From positions 1-6,703 of the IMG/VR virus record IMGVR_UViG_3300014539_000071: DNA of 6,703 nucleotides; one strand, given 5' to 3'. Below the pieces are notes generated by a model. It made no database searches. It was not told where the DNA came from and was given only the letters and a program-made list of their open reading frames with translations. The translations under genes and the position numbers were made by a program. This stretch comes from a virus. Taxonomy: Duplodnaviria > Heunggongvirae > Uroviricota > Caudoviricetes. Below are positions 1 to 5,288 of the stretch, one piece after another; the first letter of the stretch is position 1; the number at the start of each line of letters is the position of its first letter.

Positions 1-20
1 ATCGCGGTTACTCTGCTAAT
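1..20 (-). CDS. Rz-like i-spanin, N-terminal codons only (gene runs off the left edge of the window)
   Basis: Minus-strand reading of 20..1 gives ATT AGC AGA GTA ACC GCG AT = (I/M)SRVTAI, matching the MSRVTAII start of lambda-type Rz as I recall it. It sits in the expected position overlapping the 3' end of the endolysin. The start codon position is ATT rather than ATG; an in-frame GTG lies at 32..30. Only 6 codons are visible. Confidence 0.3.
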
Positions 21-514
21 TGTTTCCCCCACAAACAGATTTCACGCTCAATCTCACGACGAGTCATGAGACCTTTCCATTGCTTACCGCCAGCATATGT
101 CCAGCGACGTAGCTGATCACATGCGCCTTTGATATCGCCCTGGTTTATTTTGCGAAGAAGCGTCGATGTTCTGAAATTGCCAGCACCCACGTTGTAAACG
201 AATGAGTAAAGAGCGCCGCGCGTTGTTTCCGGTATATCGACTTCGATGTACGGGTTAATTTGTCTGGCGACAGTGGCAAGGTCTTTATTCAAGAGTGCTT
301 TGCATTCTGCTTTGGTATACGTTTTACCGAGCATGATGTCTTTTCCTGTATGCCCGTGACATACAGTCCATACACCAACAATATCTTTGTATGGTATGTA
401 GCTGACACCTTCCAGACCATCGTTACCACTTGGGCCAGTGATTAACACTGATGCTATAGCAATTGCTCCGCCACCAATAGCAGCAGCAACGGCTTTTCGT
501 AATGATGGAGGCAT
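8..514 (-). CDS. rrrD: SAR (signal-anchor-release) endolysin, phage lysozyme of the T4-lysozyme/GH24 type, phage 21 R / DLP12 RrrD-like
   Basis: 168-aa ORF from the track. N-terminal Gly/Ala-rich weakly hydrophobic segment [20 protein letters not shown] typical of a SAR domain. Catalytic E-x8-D-x5-T arrangement in [18 protein letters not shown]. Recognised from memory as near-identical to phage 21 R / E. coli RrrD. Start ATG (514..512) overlaps the holin stop by 1 nt. Confidence 0.93.
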   Translation of the reverse strand: MPPSLRKAVAAAIGGGAIAIASVLITGPSGNDGLEGVSYIPYKDIVGVWTVCHGHTGKDIMLGKTYTKAECKALLNKDLATVARQINPYIEVDIPETTRGALYSFVYNVGAGNFRTSTLLRKINQGDIKGACDQLRRWTYAGGKQWKGLMTRREIEREICLWGKQLAE

Positions 515-729
515 TATTCACCTCTCGCAGCCTTGCGCTTATCTTCTTTAATCTTGAAATAAAGGTTTGTCAGGTACGTCAGCAGGCCAAATACCAGGCT
601 ACCCAGCACACCTATTGCTGCCCACTGTGAGGGCGTGACTTTATCGAGCAGCTGTAAAAACCAGTAACCGGCACTACCTGCTGAGGTGCCATAGGCGACA
701 CCCGTTGTTAACTTATCCATGGATTTCAT
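514..729 (-). CDS. essD: Class II pinholin, phage 21 S21-like, with dual-start motif
   Basis: 71-aa ORF. MKSMDK N-terminus gives two in-frame Met starts (Met1 and Met4), the classic holin/antiholin dual start. Two hydrophobic TM segments ([16 protein letters not shown] and [17 protein letters not shown]) and a charged C-terminal tail [13 protein letters not shown]. Recognised from memory as S21/EssD-like. Stop TAA 516..514 overlaps the endolysin ATG. Confidence 0.9.
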
Positions 730-841
730 AACCCCACCTCGCAGACAAAGCGGGTGTAAATTGAGGGAATACTACGAAACGTAACAGACTCGGAGTCAGT
801 GAATAACTCAGGTATTGGGTTATCAGCTAATATCGAGACTC

Positions 842-874
842 AAAAAATGGAAAAACCCGCTCGACGGCGGGTTT
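842..874 (-). terminator. Candidate intrinsic terminator upstream of the lysis cassette (hairpin plus U-tract on the minus strand; weaker on plus)
   Basis: Stem CCCGC (856-860) pairs with GCGGG (867-871), extendable with A/T pairs 853-855/872-874; loop tcgacg. On the minus-strand transcript the hairpin is followed by UUUUUCCAUUUUUU (complement of 855-842). It lies about 115 nt upstream of the holin start. Confidence 0.5.
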
Positions 875-1199
875 AAGCTGTGTGACGAAGTAACCACTCT
901 TAACAGCATAACCAATTTTTTACGTACGTAAACCACAAAATGATATTTGCGAGAATGCTACCGAGTATTGAAAACACCACTACAAATACATAAGCAAATC
1001 TCAACAAATAACCAACAAATAATTTCCAGTGTTATTTTCAGCCGATTTAAATTGAACCTTCAAATTACAGAGCACTTAAATAACAGCCGTTAATATAAAT
1101 TGGCTAATAGATTTATTTTTATTCAGCCAAGAGCCATGAATAGGATTCGATAGAAAAAAGTTCAGATAAAAATAGAGATCTACTTCACAAATCAAACGA

Positions 1200-1300
1200 G
1201 AAACCAAAACTTACATCTTGAAATAATCACATTGATTAGATGAATATTTATCGCGCAGTGACATCATTTTTTAATAATAGTTCAAAAAAAAGGGCTCACG
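1200..1300 (+). promoter_or_regulatory. Porin upstream region containing the porin promoter and 5' UTR (exact elements not resolved)
   Basis: AT-rich 570-bp non-coding region between holin and porin. Candidate -35/-10-like hexamers (TTGAAA around 1219, TAATAAT around 1272) and a weak SD AAGGG about 9 nt before the ATG at 1301. Assignment is tentative. Confidence 0.25.
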
Positions 1301-2398
1301 ATGAAAAAATTAACAGTGGCAATTTCTGCTGTAGCTGCATCAGTACTGATGGCGATGTCTGCTCAGGCAGCTGAAATTTATAATAAAGACAGTAACAAGC
1401 TGGATCTGTACGGGAAAGTTAATGCTAAGCACTACTTCTCCTCTAATGATGCAGATGATGGTGATACTACTTATGCCCGTCTTGGCTTCAAAGGTGAAAC
1501 CCAAATCAACGATCAACTGACTGGTTTCGGTCAGTGGGAATATGAATTCAAAGGCAACCGCGCTGAATCTCAAGGTTCCTCCAAAGACAAAACCCGTCTT
1601 GCATTTGCAGGCCTGAAATTCGGTGACTACGGCTCAATCGATTACGGCCGTAACTACGGTGTAGCATACGACATCGGTGCGTGGACTGACGTTCTGCCAG
1701 AATTCGGTGGCGATACCTGGACCCAAACAGATGTGTTCATGACTGGTCGCACCACTGGTGTTGCAACCTATCGTAACAACGACTTCTTTGGTCTGGTTGA
1801 TGGTCTGAACTTTGCTGCTCAGTACCAAGGCAAAAACGATCGTAGCGATTTCGATAACTACACTGAAGGTAACGGTGATGGCTTCGGTTTCTCTGCTACC
1901 TATGAATACGAAGGATTCGGTATCGGTGCAACTTATGCGAAATCTGATCGTACCGACACTCAAGTTAATGCAGGGAAAGTTCTTCCTGAAGTATTTGCTT
2001 CCGGTAAAAATGCAGAAGTTTGGGCCGCAGGTCTGAAATATGACGCTAACAACATTTACCTGGCCACTACCTATTCTGAAACCCAGAATATGACTGTATT
2101 TGCTGATCACTTCGTTGCTAATAAAGCCCAAAACTTCGAAGCTGTTGCACAATATCAGTTCGATTTCGGTCTGCGTCCGTCCGTTGCTTACCTGCAATCT
2201 AAAGGTAAGGATCTTGGAGTATGGGGCGATCAGGACTTAGTCAAATATGTTGATGTAGGTGCAACCTATTACTTCAACAAAAATATGTCTACTTTCGTTG
2301 ATTACAAAATCAACCTGCTTGACAAAAATGACTTCACTAAAGCACTCGGTGTAAGCACTGATGACATCGTTGCTGTAGGTCTGGTTTACCAGTTCTAA
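1301..2398 (+). CDS. nmpC: Outer-membrane general porin of the OmpC/OmpF/PhoE family, NmpC / phage PA-2 Lc-like, apparently intact
   Basis: 365-aa ORF. N-terminal signal peptide [23 protein letters not shown] with AQA|AE cleavage site. Porin hallmarks: AEIYNKD...LDLYGK start of the mature protein and C-terminal ...VAVGLVYQF ending in Phe. Recognised from memory as NmpC/Lc. Opposite strand to the flanking phage genes (moron-like). Confidence 0.93.
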   Translation: MKKLTVAISAVAASVLMAMSAQAAEIYNKDSNKLDLYGKVNAKHYFSSNDADDGDTTYARLGFKGETQINDQLTGFGQWEYEFKGNRAESQGSSKDKTRLAFAGLKFGDYGSIDYGRNYGVAYDIGAWTDVLPEFGGDTWTQTDVFMTGRTTGVATYRNNDFFGLVDGLNFAAQYQGKNDRSDFDNYTEGNGDGFGFSATYEYEGFGIGATYAKSDRTDTQVNAGKVLPEVFASGKNAEVWAAGLKYDANNIYLATTYSETQNMTVFADHFVANKAQNFEAVAQYQFDFGLRPSVAYLQSKGKDLGVWGDQDLVKYVDVGATYYFNKNMSTFVDYKINLLDKNDFTKALGVSTDDIVAVGLVYQF

Positions 2399-2408
2399 TC
2401 TGATTACG

Positions 2409-2448
2409 AAAAAGATATGTTGCGGGAGGCGTTGCCTCCCCAACATAT
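2409..2448 (-). terminator. Intrinsic terminator acting on minus-strand transcripts coming from the Q side (tR'-like candidate)
   Basis: Long near-perfect hairpin: ATATGTTGCGGGAGGC (2415-2430) pairs with GCCTCCCCAACATAT (2434-2448), about 15 bp with one bulge and loop gtt. On the minus strand it is followed by CUUUUUC (complement of 2414-2408). On the plus strand there is no U-tract after it. Confidence 0.5.
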
Positions 2449-2535
2449 AAGTGGCTCCCTCAAGCCACTTCCTTTAGAAGCACAACCTTGCTTCTAACTA
2501 TATAAACCTTCTGTTATATATTACCCTTTATTTTT

Positions 2536-2570
2536 GGGGGCGTCTCAACGCCCCATTTTTAATAATTTTT
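2536..2570 (+). terminator. Intrinsic terminator for the porin transcript (plus strand)
   Basis: GC stem GGGGGCG (2536-2542) pairs with CGCCCC (2549-2554), loop tctcaa, followed by ATTTTTAATAATTTTT. Located about 140 nt downstream of the porin stop. Confidence 0.55.
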
Positions 2571-2587
2571 AGTAAACAATTGGCATA

Positions 2588-2971
2588 TTAATTAGAGTTA
2601 TTAACAACGATATCCATCTCTAACCGGATATCTAATGCCATTAACATCCCTTCAATTATGCCCTCAGCCTTCTGTAACCTTTTCCCGATATAACCATCAG
2701 AGCAGCAATGCTTACCTGCCAGTGACATGAATGTCATACCGACTACATAATAATCTACTAATAAATCGTGCAAATCGCTGTTGTTCTTTTTCAGACGGGC
2801 CATGCACCCGCAAATGATCATCGCGTCATCGTCACAACATTGCGGGCGAGATTTTACTTTTGAAGTAATTAATCCCTTAAAACCGGCGGCAATGGACGAC
2901 CAGGTCACATCTTCATGATTATTAGCCGCCCACGCTCCCCAACGCTCAAGAACCATCTGAATATCACGCAT
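2588..2971 (-). CDS. quuD: Late-gene antiterminator Q (phage 21/82-type, QuuD-like)
   Basis: Track ORF 2588..2986 (132 aa). I prefer the second in-frame ATG (2971..2969, [11 protein letters not shown]..., 127 aa) because it is preceded by GGAG with 7-nt spacing. Cys-rich motifs [16 protein letters not shown] and GKHCCSDG. Position immediately upstream of the lysis region and downstream of rusA-ylcG matches the DLP12 order. Recognised from memory as QuuD-like. Confidence 0.85.
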   Translation of the reverse strand: MRDIQMVLERWGAWAANNHEDVTWSSIAAGFKGLITSKVKSRPQCCDDDAMIICGCMARLKKNNSDLHDLLVDYYVVGMTFMSLAGKHCCSDGYIGKRLQKAEGIIEGMLMALDIRLEMDIVVNNSN

Positions 2972-3056
2972 CAACTTACTCCACAAAAATCAGACCAAAA
3001 CGCCAATTACAAGCAAAAATCAACAAAACAGTATTAGTTGATTGTTATCTCTGACT

Positions 3057-3197
3057 TCATACTCCTGCTCCTGTCAGGGTTTTGGCGTAATTCTTCAGTA
3101 TTCGGTAATCGGTCAAAACAGAACCGGGGAAACGATATAAGCGCAGACGCCCCCAGCGGTGGCGAAGAAGTTCTGCCATATTAAACTCAAACATCAT
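3057..3197 (-). CDS. ylcG: Small conserved prophage ORF YlcG-like (46 aa)
   Basis: Not in the ORF track (too short). Manual translation of the minus strand gives [46 protein letters not shown], stop TGA 3059..3057. Start ATGATG overlaps the rusA stop codon (ATGA overlap at 3197..3194). Matches my memory of E. coli YlcG and its rusA-ylcG-Q position. Confidence 0.7.
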   Translation of the reverse strand: MMFEFNMAELLRHRWGRLRLYRFPGSVLTDYRILKNYAKTLTGAGV

Positions 3198-3556
3198 TCA
3201 TTCCCCATTTCGGTGATGGTCAGTTCCAGCCTCCCACCTTTGGTAACAGGCATCTTCACAACGCGGTAATCAACGACCTGAGCATCATCCAGCCAGAAAC
3301 CTGCTTTAGTGAGTGCGTCAAAAGCGGCTTTTTGCAGATTATCCAGGTCACGGCGACGGCGATCCGGCATGTGGCACTCAATGCGGATTTTCACAGGCAT
3401 AGCCAGGCCGATATCCAGCATTGCGTTTTTAATGATTCGGGCGACGTTATCGCGGTATGCCTGCCCCTCTGCGCTGATGTGCGTGCGCCCGCGATTATGG
3501 CGGTAATAGCGATTATTGCTCGGAGGCCAGGGTAATGTGATGCTGTAGGTATTCAC
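3194..3556 (-). CDS. rusA: Holliday-junction resolvase RusA (crossover junction endodeoxyribonuclease)
   Basis: 120-aa [21 protein letters not shown]..., recognised from memory as RusA. Start codon is GTG (3556..3554), preceded by a purine-rich SD AGAGGGGG. Acidic residues within RRRRDLDN are consistent with the RusA active site region. Confidence 0.9.
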   Translation of the reverse strand: MNTYSITLPWPPSNNRYYRHNRGRTHISAEGQAYRDNVARIIKNAMLDIGLAMPVKIRIECHMPDRRRRDLDNLQKAAFDALTKAGFWLDDAQVVDYRVVKMPVTKGGRLELTITEMGNE

Positions 3557-3559
3557 GCC

Positions 3560-3673
3560 TTAATAACCCCCTCTTTCAGCCAGATAGACGGCCTGCTGTG
3601 AAACTTCGCAGGCAGCGCCTAGTTTCTTTTGTGAACCAACGATATTGATCGCTGTTTTGATGGCTGGGTTCAT
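3560..3673 (-). CDS. Short Cro-like HTH ORF (37 aa), possibly a truncated cro
   Basis: Manual translation: MNPAIKTAINIVGSQKKLGAACEVSQQAVYLAERGGY, stop TAA 3562..3560, 3 nt before the rusA GTG. Strong SD GGAGG (complement of 3679-3683) 5 nt upstream of ATG 3673..3671. GSQKKLGAACEVSQQAVY fits a Cro/CI-type helix-turn-helix, but the ORF ends right after the recognition helix, shorter than typical 60-70 aa Cro proteins. Confidence 0.45.
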   Translation of the reverse strand: MNPAIKTAINIVGSQKKLGAACEVSQQAVYLAERGGY

Positions 3674-3700
3674 AACAACCTCCGTGGTTAATTTGAATCA

Positions 3701-3729
3701 AGATTAAAACTATGGTTGTTTTTAGTCAA
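3701..3729 (-). promoter_or_regulatory. Candidate pR-like sigma-70 promoter driving the Cro-like ORF and rusA-ylcG-Q operon
   Basis: On the minus strand: -35 TTGACT (complement of 3729-3724), exact 17-nt spacer, -10 TAATCT (complement of 3706-3701), then about 25-nt leader to the SD GGAGG and ATG 3673. The -35 and spacer lie inside the palindromic operator at 3712-3736. Confidence 0.45.
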
Positions 3730-3736
3730 CAACCAT
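3712..3736. promoter_or_regulatory. Palindromic operator candidate ATGGTTGTT-N7-AACAACCAT
   Basis: Perfect 9-bp inverted repeat with 7-bp spacer (ATGGTTGTT tttagtc AACAACCAT) centred between the divergent Cro-like and repressor genes. The same half-site (ACAACCA / TGGTTGT) recurs at 3675-3681, 3760-3766 and in a second cluster at 6159-6204. Confidence 0.45.
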
Positions 3737-3742
3737 TTTCGT

Positions 3743-3771
3743 TTGATGAAATAAAACCTTGGTTGTACATT
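3743..3771 (+). promoter_or_regulatory. Candidate pRM-like promoter giving a leaderless repressor mRNA
   Basis: -35 TTGATG (3743-3748), 17-nt spacer, -10 TACATT (3766-3771), placing the transcription start about 7 nt downstream at or near the A of ATG 3778. No Shine-Dalgarno precedes either candidate start (3712 or 3778), as for leaderless lambda cI from pRM. Confidence 0.4.
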
Positions 3772-3777
3772 TGGACT

Positions 3778-4467
3778 ATGAAAACAACACTCTCAGAAAG
3801 ACTTAAAGAAGCCAGATTAGCGCGAGGCCTTACACAAAAGGCGCTTGGGGATTTGGTCGGGGTTAGCCAAGCAGCTATTCAGAAAATCGAAACAGGGAAA
3901 GCTAACCAAACAACTAAAATCGTGGAGATCGCGAACGCTTTGGGTGTGCGCGCAGAATGGTTATCTTCTGGCGTTGGAAATATGTCAGACAGTACAGTGC
4001 AACCAATACAAACAACTGTCAGCCATTCCAAATACTTTAAGATTGACGTTCTTGATATCGAAGTGAGTGCCGGGCCGGGAGTCATCAACCGTGAGTTTGT
4101 AGAAGTTCTACGTTCGGTTGAGTATTCGTTTGACGATGCTCGTCACATGTTCGATGGCAGGAAGGCGGAAAATATCCGTATCATTAACGTACGCGGTGAC
4201 AGCATGTCAGGAACGATCGAACCAGGTGATCTGCTGTTCGTTGATATCACTGTTAAATCTTTCGACGGTGATGGTATCTATGCGTTTCTGTACGACGACA
4301 CAGCCCATGTAAAGCGCCTGCAAATGATGAAGGATAAACTGCTGGTTATCTCTGATAACAAGAGCTACTCACCGTGGGACCCAATCGAGAAAGACGAGAT
4401 GAACCGGGTATTCATCTTCGGGAAAGTCATCGGGAGCATGCCGCAGACGTATAGGAAGCATGGATAA
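3778..4467 (+). CDS. CI/LexA-like repressor: N-terminal XRE-type HTH plus C-terminal S24 autopeptidase domain
   Basis: Track ORF is 3712..4467. I prefer start ATG 3778 (MKTTLSERLKEARLARGLTQKALGDLVGVSQAAIQKIETGK..., 229 aa) because 3712-3777 holds the operator palindrome and pR-like -35. HTH: LTQKALGDLVGVSQAAIQKIETGK. S24 motifs: Ala-Gly candidate cleavage site in VSAGPG (A98-G99 from the 3778 start), nucleophile Ser in RGDSMSG (S142), general-base Lys in HVKRL (K179), with LexA-like Ser-Lys spacing. Confidence 0.85.
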   Translation: MKTTLSERLKEARLARGLTQKALGDLVGVSQAAIQKIETGKANQTTKIVEIANALGVRAEWLSSGVGNMSDSTVQPIQTTVSHSKYFKIDVLDIEVSAGPGVINREFVEVLRSVEYSFDDARHMFDGRKAENIRIINVRGDSMSGTIEPGDLLFVDITVKSFDGDGIYAFLYDDTAHVKRLQMMKDKLLVISDNKSYSPWDPIEKDEMNRVFIFGKVIGSMPQTYRKHG

Positions 4468-4562
4468 TTCGACATAAATTCAACAAGTTAACTTTGGCTT
4501 CAAAAAAGCATCGATAACATTGCATTATATTTTTCCTTTTGTCTAACTTAAAAGGATGAACA

Positions 4563-5288
4563 ATGGAAGAACGTGGGAATTACCTAATAGACCCCCTAGA
4601 AGTAATTGGTTCTGGCGGTTTTGGCCTTGTAGAAAAAATAAGGTTATATAACTCACAAAGAAAAATTTGTGGTCTATATGCCAGAAAAATTTTACGACCT
4701 GATGCAACAGATCCTGAACTCTTTACCAGATTTGAACGAGAAGTAAGATATCAAACTGAATGCCTGCATACTAATATTGTCCAAATATTCATATGCCACT
4801 TACAGAATGCTCAGCCTTGGTTCGTAATGGAACTAGCAGAAACAAATCTTGAAGAAGAAATAAAAAGTGGAACTCTTACAAAGGCTGAAAAAATCTCTAT
4901 TGTAAAAATGGTACTAAATGCCGTCGGATGGATTCATAAGAAAGGATATCTTCATCGGGATATAAAACCACTAAATGTACTAAAATTTAAAGATGGAATT
5001 TATAAGTTATCTGACTTCGGCCTTGCAAAAAATGTGTCACCAGATGCCAATACACAGCTATTAACACAAATTGGCCAATACCCCGCTACTCCTAAATACT
5101 TTGATTACAACGTTTTCCTCAACGGATATTCAAAACAATCAGATATATATTCAATTGGTATTTTAATTGAAGAATTAAATATTGATGGTTTTGATGATAT
5201 AATAAACAAATGTACGCATAGACAACTTAACAAAAGATTCCTGACCGTAGAGCAGATCTTTGAGGAATTGGAGTTGAAACGCTTATGA
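4563..5288 (+). CDS. Compact Hanks-type (eukaryotic-like) Ser/Thr protein kinase, catalytic domain only
   Basis: 241-aa ORF with all core kinase motifs in order: glycine loop GSGGFG, beta3 Lys in YARK, alphaC Glu in FEREV, catalytic loop HRDIKPLN, DFG in SDFGLAK, subdomain IX SDIYSIG. SD AAGGA (4552-4556) 6 nt upstream of the ATG. No extra sensor domain. Low GC by eye relative to the rest of the window. Confidence 0.85.
   Translation: MEERGNYLIDPLEVIGSGGFGLVEKIRLYNSQRKICGLYARKILRPDATDPELFTRFEREVRYQTECLHTNIVQIFICHLQNAQPWFVMELAETNLEEEIKSGTLTKAEKISIVKMVLNAVGWIHKKGYLHRDIKPLNVLKFKDGIYKLSDFGLAKNVSPDANTQLLTQIGQYPATPKYFDYNVFLNGYSKQSDIYSIGILIEELNIDGFDDIINKCTHRQLNKRFLTVEQIFEELELKRL

Noticed and set aside
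260-445. 61-aa plus-strand ORF inside the lysozyme gene
   Set aside because: Entirely antisense to a well-supported endolysin gene; no RBS or recognisable motifs; typical spurious antisense frame.
1100-1130. Possible lambda pR'-like motif on the minus strand (TTGGCT, 17 nt containing GAATAAAA, then TTAGCC)
   Set aside because: The resemblance to lambda pR' is from memory only, the -10 hexamer is poor, and AT-rich DNA generates such matches easily. Not reported as a feature; mentioned as an alternative location in the pR'/qut finding.
1340-2446. Track ORFs 1340..1573 (-), 1634..2197 (-), 1812..2036 (+) and 2237..2446 (-) overlapping the porin gene
   Set aside because: All are antisense or alternative-frame ORFs inside the strongly supported porin CDS; sequences are low-complexity with no motifs.
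2449-2470. Second hairpin AAGTGGCT/AGCCACTT after the porin as a terminator
   Set aside because: 8-bp stem but no U-tract on either strand; more likely an RNA-stabilising or REP-like element than a terminator.
3309-3535. Track ORFs 3309..3506 (+) and 3332..3535 (+) opposite rusA
   Set aside because: Antisense to rusA; Arg/Ser-rich low-complexity translations typical of antisense frames of GC-rich coding sequence.
3712-3777. Upstream ATG (3712) as the repressor start, giving a 22-aa N-terminal extension MVVFSQQPFSFDEIKPWLYIWT
   Set aside because: This stretch coincides with the operator palindrome and the -35 of the divergent pR-like promoter, has no SD, and the HTH would begin unusually far from the N-terminus. 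Start at 3778 with a leaderless transcript is more consistent. Kept as an alternative in the feature evidence.
3845-4312. Track ORFs 3845..4066 (+), 3879..4088 (-) and 4118..4312 (+) within the repressor gene
   Set aside because: Alternative-frame or antisense ORFs inside the CI-like repressor CDS, which carries clear HTH and S24 motifs in its own frame.
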